Positions 10,404 to 23,159 of a stretch of 64,000 nucleotides of DNA are shown here, in pieces. The number at the start of each line of letters is the position of its first letter. Within the stretch, counting starts at the first letter, position 1. The position numbers were made by a program, and so were the translations under genes. The notes below the pieces were generated by a model that was not told the DNA's origin, searched no databases, and saw only the letters and a list, made by a program, of their open reading frames with translations. Source of the stretch: Antedon mediterranea (lineage: Eukaryota > Animalia > Echinodermata); the NCBI RefSeq assembly GCF_964355755.1, contig NC_092674.1, forward strand, positions 14,074,001 to 14,138,000. The letters are read 5' to 3'.

Positions 10404-12980
10404 CTAAAATATTTAGTCATAATTTAATTATTGTAAATAATTCACTCACATTATGAGTGAGTTCAAAAGTGGAAGAAAAAAAAATTGCAACCAAATGTTT
10501 TTAATTTTTCTTTTAGGTTGGCGGGCTGACCTTACCAAACGAGGGTGAATGTCATTTAGATGATCAAGGATATTATACTCATTCTGTAAAAAATGTAACT
10601 AATTTTCTGATTTACTTTTCTGATTTCATTTTTCATTGTTGTGTTACTTATGTAAATACGGACAATAATCCAAATACGAGATTGAATTGAAATCATATAA
10701 AAAACACAATAAATTAAATTACAATAATAATAATACGGTCAACCCTACCAACTGAACTCTCTGAAAACTGAAAACTTTCCCAAAACAAGACGTTTCTTGA
10801 ATTATAAATTAATTTTTACCATTAAAAACAAAAGATTTCTGATATTGGGAGAGTTGACTGTATTATCTATTAAAAATCCACATAATTCTATCAGAGGGGA
10901 AACGAGACAAAATGGCGCATACACTATCTGAACCCACGCTTTCTCAAACGCCTGTCAATTTCTTGTTATGCATTCCACTCCCTCTCTCAAATTATGATAA
11001 AAAGAGGTCAATACAAAGTATGATTGATATACATATTTTACATTTACTTTGTTTATTTTCAGGATTTTCCATCTTTAGGACAGCTTCATGAGAAATTTTT
11101 ATAAAGAAATGTAATTCCAATTTTTGCAGTAGCAAAATCAAAACAGCGTGACGATCCAGCTCTTTATCAGGTATTGAATATGTTGAATCATAAAGATAGA
11201 ATACATTCTAGTATCTTGTGTTAGTTCTTTAGAATACTCCACATGCTAGTCCTATTAGTGCATGGGTTTAGTATATCTGATACTTGATCAACTTATATAT
11301 ATATATATATATATATATATTATCTGAAAAATAATGGTTGGATATGCCATTTTAATGTCATGTAATAGTTATTCAATTCCAAAAATTTGGTGGAAAAAAA
11401 TGATTTACCTACCTGCCAACAGTACAGCATCTACCCAGATCAGCACGCCAAGAGATGAACCCTGCTCTTTTTAAATAATGTACCAAGTTCTTTAACATGC
11501 ATTGTACAAGGGACCAGCAGCTTTATTTCCCATCCAGAGTATGAGGTATATTTTAATTTTGATTTCTTCATTTCAACAGGAAGTTGTAAATGAGTTTTTC
11601 CCAGGTGGATCTGTGGGAACACTAGCTAGTGATTCAAGAAACATTATTGAACTTGTTTGTAGTAGTTATGATGTAAGTTTGGAGTTTTCCTTAGCACCTT
11701 TATTTTTATTTGAGATTTTTTCCCAGTAGTTTTTTTTTTACCAATTATTATGTCATTAACACAAAACCAGCTAAGCAAACATTTATGCTGTTTGTGAAAC
11801 AATTTTTGGATTTATAGGCCTTTATCGAGTGTAAATAAAATTAGGCCTACATGCCATTAAAACTTCTTGAAAAATTGCTTTTTCTACAGACTTCGATGAA
11901 TAAAGTACTGACGATTTTTAATGATATTGCAATATATTTTTGTTTAATTGTTTTTATATAGTATTTATATGCATTTTTAATGTTGATACAAATTATATGT
12001 TATATGTATGTTATATGTAAATGTTTTTTATACTATCAGTGCAATAGGAGACCTACTAGATAGTGATTAAGTTTGCTTTTTAGGAATCCTGTCTCTGCCT
12101 AGTTTTGTGTAATGTTTTCTTTTCTTTGTCCATGTTTTTCTATATTGTATTTTTATGGAGACAAAAATAAATGAAATGAAATAAAGTTTGATGTAAATTT
12201 AATTTAAATTAAACATTTAACTACATAAAAAGACTTGACCTCAATTAAAGTAACATTTTTCTTGTTCAAAATTACTTTAATTCTGTAAAAAACATCTTTC
12301 ACACAGATGTGGAGTTATACACCATGCAGCGAAAGGATTAATGCACACATTTTGTTTATTGCACATGTTTTATTAGTTATTAGTATCATAATTAATTAAA
12401 AAAATTATTTTTATAGAAAATTACATCTGAGATTCAACTTGTAGACACGGTGACAGCTCCTATTCATGTAACCTACTCAGCCTATTGCGATGGCGAGACA
12501 TTGACGCCTAATTCGCAGAACTGTAGTAACATTCGCTTAGGAAATGTCATTAAATTTAAACTAGATGTTAGCGTTGATGAGTGTACAGCAAATCCTATCT
12601 CGTAAGACATGATTACATTGTTTATTACTAATCACAAGTGAGGCATTAACCTTGGTGTATGCATTGGCACGCTTAAAATAAATGTTTCTGCTGCCCAAGC
12701 CTGACCGACCCAAAATTTGCAGACATTTCTCTAGTGTCTTCTATTTCTATTGTAAAGTTTTGCCAATGTTATTAAATCTAAAATTTATATTATTTATTCA
12801 TAAAACACAAAATAGATTTAAAAAAATTGTCTTACTAATATGACCATGTATTTCAATTGATGGTGTTTCTGTGCAACATAACAATTCTTGTGTTTCTAGC
12901 ATTTCCCTTTTAAATGCAGTGACATAATCAATAATGATGATTTTAATGGTGACAATAAAGCATGATGATGACATAATAAT

Positions 12981-13096
12981 ATATACGGCCATACTGCGGT
13001 GAAACACCGGTTCTCGTCAGATCACCGAAGTTGAGCAATGTTGGGCCGGTTGCGTTCTGGATGGGAGACCGTCTAGAAATCGCGGCGGGTGCTGTA
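12981..13096 (+). pseudogene. 5S rRNA-derived sequence (pseudogene or SINE3-type head)
   Basis: TACGGCCATAC...CTCGTCAGATCACCGAAGTTGAGCA...TGGATGGGAGACC...GGGTGCTGTA follows the eukaryotic 5S consensus with many substitutions and no oligo-T terminator. Confidence 0.85.
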
Positions 13097-13525
13097 TATA
13101 CTGGAGAGTGATGGTGTAATGGTAATATCGGACTAGCATGTGATAGGCATGGGTTCGAGGTTATCTGTACCATACTAATTGCATCCTTAGTCAAGATGTT
13201 TTACTCTCATTGCCTCGTCCTTCGGATGGGATGTAAAGCCGTTGGTCCCGTGTACTTAACAGTTGTTTATACTGGAGAGTGATGGTGTAATGGTAATATC
13301 GGACTAGCATGTGATAGGCATGGGTTCGAGGTTATCTGTACCACACTAATTGCATCCTTAGGCAAGATGCTTTACTCTCATTGCCTCGTCCTTCGGATGG
13401 GATGTAAAGCCGTTGGTCCTGTGTACTTAACTTGGTACACTATTCGAAAAGAGTAGGGGATCGTTTCCCGGTGTGCTGATCTGGTAGGCGCTGCGGTTGA
13501 ATACGCAGTGGTTGAACAAATAAGA
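13097..13525 (+). mobile_element. tRNA-headed SINE with Deu/Nin-like domain, 5' ~165 bp tandemly duplicated
   Basis: Two copies (13097-13260, 13268-13431) with A box TGGTGTAATGG, B box GGTTCGAG, CCTTAGGCAAG...TTACTCTC, CCTTCGGATGGGATGTAAAGCCG. Second copy continues CACTATTCGAAAAGAGTAGGGG...CCCGGTGT. Confidence 0.7.
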
Positions 13526-15454
13526 GCTTTCATCTAATATTAATAAGTTACAAGTTACATGATGTGCTTGAATTTTTATCAAAATATTTAGTTTTTCAGT
13601 TAAACCTCTCGGATTTGAAGAGAACCTAGAAGTTGTCATAAGAACAAATTGTGAATGTGAATGTACCACATCTGTGACACCAGACAGTGAGCTATGTAGC
13701 AATGGTAATGGTTCACTGGTCTGTGGTATTTGTGAGTGTAATGAAGGCCGGTATGGAGAGGTCTGTGAATGTGATGACACTGGCTCAGATGAAACTGAAA
13801 CACTTGCAGATAGTTTACCATGTCAAACGTAAGTTAATTTTTCTAAGGTTTTTTCAACTTCTTTACTTTATTTCTTTTTTGCAAAAGCATGATATACCGC
13901 TAACCTAGTTTACTATTGTTTATTTATCATACATCAAGCATAACAAAAATATTCCTGTTGAGTATTTTACAATTGTTTAACCATTATTTTCTGAACACAT
14001 ACTGTAAACTATAGAGGGCAGAAAGCATAATTTTGATTTCTTATTTTCAATATCCAATCAATGAAATGATGTATAGGCCTATATGTACTTTTATGTTTAA
14101 AAAATATTAGTCAAATCCTATTTTTATTTATTTCAATAGAAGTAACTCATCTTTAGTTTGTTCAGGGCAAGGGTAATGCATATGTGAGAAATGTGTGTGT
14201 AACAAGCGACAAGTAGGTGAAATATGATTTAGTATAGTTTTCTTATTGGGCCATATCAGTAGGTCAACTATTACAGTATGTACTGTGAGTATACTATAGT
14301 GGGTCAATTAGAGGAAAAAAGAAGTTTTTTAAAATCTGTTGCTGATGATAATTGACAATTAGTAGGTGCAAAAGATTAAAAATAATGTAACCCTATACAT
14401 AGAGAATGTCACTATTTTATATAGGGTTTGAGAGGAGGAGGCGAGACTCAAGTTTGTTATTTATAACTATTGTACATGTTAAGTTTCTCTATTTCTAATA
14501 ATAGTCAACCACTATGCGATCACAGACACTGGTGTCGTGACCAGTTAGTTTAATAAAATATATTTTTTTTTTATTTATTCGGTATATAAAAATATATTAC
14601 AAAACGACAGTCAAGGACTGAAATGAAATGTATTACAAATGACTAAAAATTAGTTAATAATAATATACAATCAATAAATATATATTACAGTTAAAATGTT
14701 ATTACCATATTAACATGTTTTATAATGCCAAGCTAGATTATAATCCAACCCACTAATTTTTTACCAAATGTTGTAACCTGGATCCTGATAATATACTGGT
14801 CATATATTTTCTTGAATGCGATTAATATAATATAAAATGTATTATAAATAGAGCTTTTTTGTTATGATTAATATTTTTTTCTTTTTCAAGAATCCTTTAG
14901 AAAAAATCACAGGAAAGTTTTGCAACTGTGATAACTTCTCTGGTCGCAGAGATTCTGCTGACCTCATTTGTGGTGGTATGTTCAATTTTGTTTATATTTT
15001 CTTTTTCCTGCACAGACTTTGGTCAATTTAAGCTCTGCTCACAATATTAAGGACCATATCAGCATTTTTCTACTACAGTAACTAAATATCTTGAATATGA
15101 TTTAGTCTGTTTCAAATGTAGAAGCTGTGAGAGTCACTGCAATAAACAGTGTGTATTATTACCCAAACTAGATTATTAGATTATTGCATAAACAGGTTAA
15201 ACAGAAACAAAATAGTTTAGTTACTTCAATAAGTGCAATAAGATAATCAATCTCTGTAGAAAATGTATTATATTATTTCTCTGTGATTTTTTTTTTATTG
15301 TAAATTGCCTTTAAACATCATGAAAATGGTAGTATACAAATGAGGTATTTAATTATTATTAATTATTATAAAAATGGTTTTGAGCATCTTGTGTATAATA
15401 TACAGTATGCTCTGTGCTATATAACATGGACTTGATAGAAATAATTTATGACTA

Positions 15455-15575
15455 AGCTCTGTCTACACTATCACACTTTCTGTGCCTAAATTGACCTGCC
15501 GATGGACACGATAACATCATATCATATAAATACCCTTTTTTTGTCAAAAACTAGTGAGATACTGTAGACAGAGCT
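15455..15575. mobile_element. PIF/Harbinger-like (Tourist-type) MITE
   Basis: TIR AGCTCTGTCTACA / TGTAGACAGAGCT with TA-rich flanks; related copy at 20576-20705. Confidence 0.65.
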
Positions 15576-17618
15576 TATAGATATTTATTAACTTTGATAG
15601 GTCCATCAAAAGGAACATGCGTTTGTGGTCAGTGTGAATGCAAGCCAGGCTATAGTGGTCCTGATTGTAGTTGTCCAACCAGCATTGAAAACTGCCTAGC
15701 ATCTACTGGAAAAGAGTGCAATGACGCTGGACACTGTGAATGTGGTGTTTGCATGTGTAATGCAACACTGGTCTACGATGGCCCAAATTGTGAGGATTGT
15801 GATGTAAGTTCATTTATGTTAAAATCTTTAGTGCATCCTCAAATTCAAATGTATGATGTCATCATCATCAGGATTGATCAAATGCCCTATTCATAGAAAT
15901 ATTAATAAATTATTATCCATTAGTTCAATTTAAATTATTTTCTTTCATGTAATCTGGGATCTCTTTTATACAAAGCTTCTGTTTTCTTGAGACCCCATTT
16001 CATCATTTTAACATTGTACAGTACCATAATAATTTATACTGTACCATAATTTTTCCAATGATTTTTCTGATGATGAATAAATGTATTTGTATTATAATAT
16101 AATTCTATTTTCTATGTAAAACTGTCTTAAGTTTAAGTCATGTGACACCCATCACCGAATCGTTCTATAGACGATCCGTCCCACCTATTTTGTACTTACT
16201 GTAGGACAGAACCCCAATTGAACATAATCATATTTACTGATGTTTGTAGACATGTCCAGCTAAATGTGATCGCAATCGTGACTGTGTGCAATGTCTAGCT
16301 TACGGTACAGGTATATCTGAGGAAAAATGCCAAGAGTGTCCTCAAAGAATTATACTTGTCGAGGAAGAAGAATTAATAGGTAAGAATTGTAGAAACATTT
16401 TAATTGAAAAGTAATAAATTCATTTATTTTATTTTATTTGTCTTCAAGATTCTGTAAACCTTCTTGTTTCCTTTCTTTTATTGTATTCATCCGATAAAAA
16501 AACTTTAAAAAGGATAAAACACATATTAAATTACATTAGTACAATTCAATGTCTTGAGTTGCCACGTTGTAATTGGTGGTTCACAGTGTTTATAAACTAT
16601 GAAGTATAGTAGGAGAAGCATATAACAATTTAGGAAATGTTTCTGATTTGTTCAGGCAAGAGGGCCTTATGCATATGTTGCTTTCACGACACATGCATTG
16701 CGTACTACACTTCCTGTCAAAGCAAAATGAACAAGTATTTTAACGAAACTTTTCTCTGAAAACTACGCTGTTATGCAAATGAACAGAAATGAAAGCTCTT
16801 TATTAGCTATCTGTTCATGATGTTAAAAGAACTGTATAATCTATACTGAGTTTTAGCAGGTACTGTATAATTTATGGCATTGTAAAATATTATTATAAGG
16901 ATTTTCTTAAGCACTTAAAGGAAATCTTCTGTGATCTAATAGTTTTATATACTAGCTGTTTATTATCTTGAATTATTAAAGATTTGTAAAAAATAAAGAT
17001 TATTTATAAGGAAAGAAGAAGGTTTAATTGGTATTAGAAGTCGAAAAGTTGAAAAGTAATAAACTTATTTATTATATTTATTTTTTATTTAATTTCATTT
17101 ATATATTCATCCGTTGATTAAATTGATTAAAAAATGGTCCTCATCATCTGTTTTCCATGGGGTTGTGTATTGCTGATCTAGCGAAATTATAGGGCTAGCC
17201 CTGTTTGTGTTAATCAAGATCTTTCAGCACTTGCATATTGATGTTTCAGTTCATAAATTCCTTTCTGGGAAATTGGTTGTTCGAATAGTTTTTACTTTTT
17301 GCGAACTGAAAAAAAAATCAGGAATTGATGGAAGTAATTCTTGGGTGGGACATTACACATAAACCCTTGACTTTTGGCAGTAATGACTGAAACATTGTTT
17401 GCCAAAACATTTTATTTACAAGTTTCAAAATATAAATAAATAAAAAGTACTGCTCTATCCACTGTTGAAATATATCCCCTATGAAGAAAACTATGCATTG
17501 CTTTCTATAAAAACCTTGTATCTGCACATAGTTTTACAGGTGGATGCTTTATATTTTGTGCTAGGTAGGTGTGTAATGAATTGGAGAATGCCAGAGATTT
17601 CAGTAAAATATAAAACTT

Positions 17619-19397
17619 AACTAGATTTGAACTCGTCACTACGGACGAGTTAGGTTATCCAGAGCACAAAATCCACGTGCACGTCATACGTTAGAATATT
17701 ACACTCAGAAAAAACAATTATGCCCTTGAAAAAATGTTAGTGCGCTCTCTATTTTGCGTCACGTCTAAGTATATACAGTATACACTATACTGTATACGTA
17801 CTACATACAGTGAAGAATAGGTGAAAATAAGTGACAAAAGTTTTTATTGCTTTTGAACATGATGACGTCATCACAATTTTTAAAATGGTGAATCATGCTA
17901 AAGATAATTGATTGACCTAGACAATATAAAAACAAGGCCAACAGCCATTAAGTCGCGTGCTACAATGCATAGTGATACCGGACCGACAGATAGACCGACA
18001 GACAGACCGACAGACAGACCGACCGACCGACATAGTGAACTATACTGACCGAAATTACTGAACATGTTTAAAAATGTTGAAATGTTTAAAAACATATATA
18101 TTTTTTTAATTTACACGTGCGTAGCCTGTCACTTTCGACGTGCTTGTATAACGTAATTTCGAGTTGAAAATTAAGTCAAGAAAACAGAAATCGAGCAAAA
18201 AGAGTGCGTAATAACATTTAACGCGCAGTGCGCGCGCAAAAATATGCGCACTCATGGCAATTTTGTAAACGCTTAAAATTGCCTGAAATGTACTCTTATT
18301 TCATCGAAAATAAATTTTGAAAATTTTAAGCGCGCGTACGCATGCGTTACATGCGCTACGCACGTAATTGTATTGCCATATGATGATTTATGCCCTGAAA
18401 TTTATGAGTACGAAATTTTATTTAATTGTGATTCATGGTTGTGAAGATATGATTACAAACGTGATTTCGTTAAATTGTGCGTAGACTGCGTAATTTTTTA
18501 TTGCGCACCGTGAAAACATTACCACATTGATTCCTGGCCATAAGGAATATACTGTGAAAAATTGACCTAGCTAGATTAAACTGATATCAAGATAAGGTCA
18601 GAAAGCGATAAAACGCATAGTGATACCGGACCGACAGACAGACAGACCGACAGACAGACCGACCGACATAGTGAACTATAGAGTCGCTTCCACGCGACTA
18701 AAAATGGAAGAAAATGATACGGATTAAGTGGAGATGCGCTCTATGTAATGTTGTGAGCTATGACGAAAGAGACAAAAATTCTATATTTTATATTCCAGTG
18801 GCCATACGATGACGGCACAATGTCCAGTTAGCCATATTCATGCATGATTCGATATCTACAACTCATCAACTTCCAGAATATCTAATTTTAAAAAAGTTCA
18901 CCACGTAGTTTACAATCTATGACTGTTTTAAAAAAGGCATAATTTTGACGAATTTTTGAACTTTTTCATCAAAAACGCGCGCAAATTGTCAAATTGTACG
19001 TGCTCGTATGACGTGATTTTAAGTCAAATTTGTTTGAAAGTTGGTAAAATTACTAGAGAAAGCTGAAAAAACAAAAATCAAGCAAAAAAAGGATGTTTTT
19101 GACCTACGTGCGCACGCGCGCGTAAAAAAATTGCGCATGCGTGGGAATTTTTGAAATGCTCAGAATGACATGAAACGCGTAGAAAATTGATTAGAAGTTG
19201 ATTTTTCGCATTTTGAAATTTTAAACGCGCGTGCGCGCGTAACTTTCTGTGCATCCTGCCATTTTTAATCCATAGAAAGTTTGCGCATGATACGACTTAA
19301 ATTTTCCCCAAGTTTCAATACAAAATGACAATTAGTTTTTAATCTATGAACAATCATTGAAATTCATAAAATCGCGGTAACAATAATAATAATAATA
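17619..19397. mobile_element. Helitron/Helentron-like non-autonomous element containing a nested HINE-like element
   Basis: Starts AACTAG plus hairpin AACTCGTC-ACTACG-GACGAGTT, CpG-rich interior, ends near (AAT)n. Boundaries approximate. Confidence 0.45.
17931..18703 (+). mobile_element. DINE-1/HINE-like Helentron-derived element
   Basis: Subterminal inverted repeat AGTCGCGTG / CACGCGACT, two (GACA/GACC)n microsatellite blocks, 3' stem-loop AGTCGC-TTCCAC-GCGACT, A-rich flanks. Confidence 0.7.
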
Positions 19398-19485
19398 AAA
19401 TTCTGGTTTTTATTATTTGGAATTATTTCACAATTTTTAAGACATATAATACAAGGGTTAGCCATGATTTTGTAATAAATTTCTA

Positions 19486-19578
19486 GGAATCACTCTGATG
19501 TTGGTATGGAAACCAAGGAATTCACTCTGATATTGGTATAAAAACAAAGAATTCACTTTGATGTTGGTACGAAAACCG
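19486..19578 (+). repeat. Three ~32-bp tandem units (GAATTCACTCTGATGTTGGTA...)
   Basis: Directly visible imperfect triplication. Confidence 0.75.
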
Positions 19579-20071
19579 CATATTGTACAGTACAAATCAT
19601 AACTTTGTATGAGCCACTAAATATATGTGTTCCGACAAAAAACACAACATTTTCTGCTTTCTGATTGGCTGTTGTTCTGACAACATATTGGGTTAAAAAA
19701 TATGGTATATATTAACAATATTTTATTGATGTTAATATAATAATCTGATGGCAATTGGATTCAATTTAGAAATGATAATACTAATATTGCTGGTACAATC
19801 AATGAAACATATGTAGATTACATTAACATCATAAAAAATAACTATTTGAAGCAAAGTATCCTTAAAAACGTATGGTGTACGTTATTGTCAACGCAATGGA
19901 TTATACAAACTGTCAATTATGATTGGTCAACTCACTAGCGTTTGTAGCGATTTCTTTTTTTTAAATCATTTTTTTCTGATTTTAATTATTTTTTAAATTA
20001 TTTTATTTATTTATAAATGTTGTTTTTAAGTGTTATATTTTTATGTTGTCTTGTCAAATTATTTTGTACTA

Positions 20072-20140
20072 AGGGTCCCTATTATGATCAGCTTTGTCTG
20101 GATGTACTATCCTTGTTAAATATTGTTGAAATAAAATAAA
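20072..20140 (+). mobile_element. LINE (L2/CR1-like) 3' tail remnant; related copy at 61209-61275
   Basis: GGGTCCCTA..ATGATCAGCTT..CTGGATG followed by AAATAAA repeats at both sites. Confidence 0.5.
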
Positions 20141-20575
20141 TATGAGGACCACACCTTTTGGTTAAAAAAACATTTTTTGAATATTGCCACTTAACTTTAT
20201 TTTATATGGAACATAACCATGACTTTATGTTTGTTTAATGAAACGCATCATCATTGTACTCTACAATTGTCTTAACCTTTTATTGAAATATCTGGTATCT
20301 TTATAGATAGAAAGTAGTTCACTACAGTTAAAATTATAAAAGTGTATAAAAATAAAATAATAGTATGGAGGTTATGAATTTATTTATGCCAAATTGGTGG
20401 GTTTTTTTTCACAGTAAATGGAACTGATCCTTGTACATACAAAGATGAACTTGGTTGTCTCTTCTCTTTTAACTTTGTTATGAATGGAACAATGGAGGTG
20501 ATTCTGGTACAGAAAATAACATGTAAGTAATGTAAAAAGAAAACCCAGCAAAATGAAACCCAATACATTGTCTAA

Positions 20576-20705
20576 AGCTCTGTCTACACTATCAAACTTT
20601 ATGTGACAAAAACATGTTATGTGCCCATATAGGGTGATGAAAACTACCGTAATGGGTACATTACACTTTTTTGTCAAACTATTTTGATAGTGTAGACATA
20701 GAGCT
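20576..20705. mobile_element. PIF/Harbinger-like MITE, same family as 15455-15575
   Basis: AGCTCTGTCTACACTATCAAA ... TTTGATAGTGTAGACATAGAGCT. Confidence 0.65.
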
Positions 20706-22443
20706 ATATATCGAGATCTCTGTGCACTTCACACACGCGCACACACACTTTCATATTACAGTATACATCCCCTCATTTGACAGGGACAATTTGATGGACA
20801 TCAGCAGGCATACTGAACTTTTTTCACAAACAATTACGAAAGAGTACCTGTATTCATTGTATATTAAACATCTTTTATTTTTCAATTTGAAACATGCACT
20901 TCATTATTATACTAGACTTGTTTGTACAAAGTATGTGAAATGCATGATAGAGTTAGAGTGAAAAAAATGATTGTAATGGCTTTTTTGTAGGAAATATTTG
21001 CAGAAAAATAAATGTCAGTCAAGTGCTGCAAACACGGCTTGTCTTGATTCAACATGTGCAACACTTCATGTTAATAATTTATATGAATATTTATCAACAT
21101 GTGGTACTTTATTTTCAGCTTGCCCAGAAGGAATAGATGCCTTATGGCTGGCTATTGGCATCATTATTGGTATATTACTAGTTGGTCTAGCCCTTCTGCT
21201 GGCCTGGAAGATAGCTACATATATATATGACAAACGAGAATATGCTAAATTTTTGAAAGAGTTAGAAAATGCACGAACAGATGCAGTAAGGAATGATTAT
21301 TTTTTTTATCTTGTAGTTAATAATGTTTATTTATTTATTATTTATGGTTTCCCTTTAAAGACCAGACCATTTTTATGTAGAGTCACCACTACATAGCATC
21401 CAAGTTCACTGTAGCTAACGTTCCAAGAAAACATTATTTATTTTAAACATTTCTATTTGCATTTGAACTCTCTATCTATCTCTATATCTATTTCTAGTAT
21501 GATTATGATGTATCGTAGTATTGTAATTGAAAATGTTAAATCTAACAGTATTAGTAAATACCTTTAATTAAAAGTATAAGTATATATTTATGTCAATTTC
21601 TGTGATTAACATGCATTGCATTGGAACATTAGCATTGAAAATACTAATTGAAATTTAATTATATGTTTATGAAAAATTAAACCAAGAAAATATTACCTAG
21701 ACATACTTACTTGCCTTTTTTTCAGAATATAAATCCCCTTTTTAAATCTTCTACAACAACCTACAAGAATCCAACATATGGTAAATAGAAGGTTTTATGC
21801 AAGATGTTGATACCTGTTACCAAACAAGACCTCAGTCAGAACCATCCAACAAGGCCCGATCAATTTGAAAACTGATACACAGACTAAATGATATCAGAAT
21901 AATAATTTATGGCAAAGTTCAGACTGTAACTGACAGATCCATCAAGCCTGTTATCAGAAAAAGAAATGCCCCCTAGGCTACAACTGACATCAGATCAAAG
22001 TACCATGAGATACTCTCCACTGGGCCACACAGTAGGATATCAGATCAAAGTGGCTTGTCCAGATCCACAAGGCATGTCAAATTATATTTAATAATACTAG
22101 ATGTCGTGGCCAACACAAAATATACCACATAATTATATAAAATGGTCTGATACCAGAAACTAACAACCAGAGCATCTTGTCAAACAGAATTCACCACAGG
22201 TATCTGATAGAACATGAAGTGTCTGTACTATAATTAGAGTTATTAATTCATTGGCTAGAGAGCTAACTCCATATTTAACAATAAATTGTTGTATTCATTA
22301 CCATAACAAATAAGTTTTATGTTACTAAATAATATTTTTGAAAAGATACAGCGGATAATTTGTTAAGCACCAGAACTGTCCTCATCATTTTTCTGTAACA
22401 TAGTTAGCACTCTAGTCAATCTATTAATACCTCAATGGTACTA

Positions 22444-23159
22444 GGTCGTGTTCGTACGGTGGTTAAAATAAGCGCTTAATTTCACCCATGCCTCGGGTTA
22501 TAAATTGAGCGTTGTTCGTACTTGAAATATTTAACCGCTTAAATGCTTAATCGACGAATCACAAACCGGAAATTACGTTTTAAGGTCAGTTGTCTTTACA
22601 ACCTACGACCCCATTTTCGCACGCTAGTTTCGTGTTGTATATTTTTTACTCGCGATCTTTCTTTACAATAACAATTACTTGCTACCTTTTACATTGCTTA
22701 TCCTTGCGACAAACCTTATGCCTCTTAACGCCGATAATCCTGCCGAAATATGCCTTCTCCTGACGACCATTATTTTACTCATTGACGAAGAATTTGAGCC
22801 CAATGTTACACGACGGAAACACCACCGACCAGCGGCTCCCCGACCAGCTAGGCCTACTAAGCGGTCTACACCAACAAGGACAGCACCAGCTGACGATCGC
22901 TCTCGAAGCGTGTATGGAAGAGCTTCGTAGGAGAAATGACGGGCCTAGGCAGCGAACGTTTGTCAAAATTTGACACATTGCCTCTATCGGAGATTTATTA
23001 TCCTCGAAGGCCGAGTATAATTGGATTATCGCTAAAATAACCTGCAAATTTGGTGAACATTTTACCTCGAATTTTTTGTAGCCTGAGGCAAAAGTTAATT
23101 GGATCACGCGAACGGAAATCGGGAATAAGCTGGTATTTTCAACCCCTACGAACAGGCCC
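22444..23159. mobile_element. Harbinger-like internally deleted element
   Basis: Imperfect TIRs GGTCGTGTTCGTACGGTGGTTAAAATA / TATTTTCAACCCCTACGAACAGGCCC, CTA/TTA flanks, GC-richer interior with short ORF remnants. Confidence 0.55.

Larger units (their letters stand above)
9203..21788 (+). pseudogene. ITGB: Integrin beta subunit (betaI C-terminal half, hybrid, I-EGF repeats, beta-tail, TM, NPxF/NPxY tail) with two premature stops; 5' exons not found
   Basis: Exons 9203-9289 (LDRPEGGLDARMQATVC), 9733-9819 (IGWRN..SDAGFHFALDGK), 10517-10594, 11063-11170, 11580-11672, 12417-12601, 13592-13828, 14140-14212, 14891-14975, 15601-15803, 16250-16379, 20415-20522, 21119-21285 (TM, WK..YDKREYAKF), 21726-21788 (NPLF..NPTYGK*). 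All GT-AG with consistent phases. TAA at 11102-11104 and 14174-14176. Confidence 0.9.

Noticed and set aside
12981-13096. Functional 5S rRNA gene
   Set aside because: Isolated intronic copy, divergent from consensus, no terminator, fused to SINE sequence.
11102-14176. TAA reassignment or readthrough explaining both integrin stops
   Set aside because: No in-frame TAA was seen in the SLC22 or ROCO exons, the Death exon ends on TAA at the expected place, and the integrin has other damaging substitutions.
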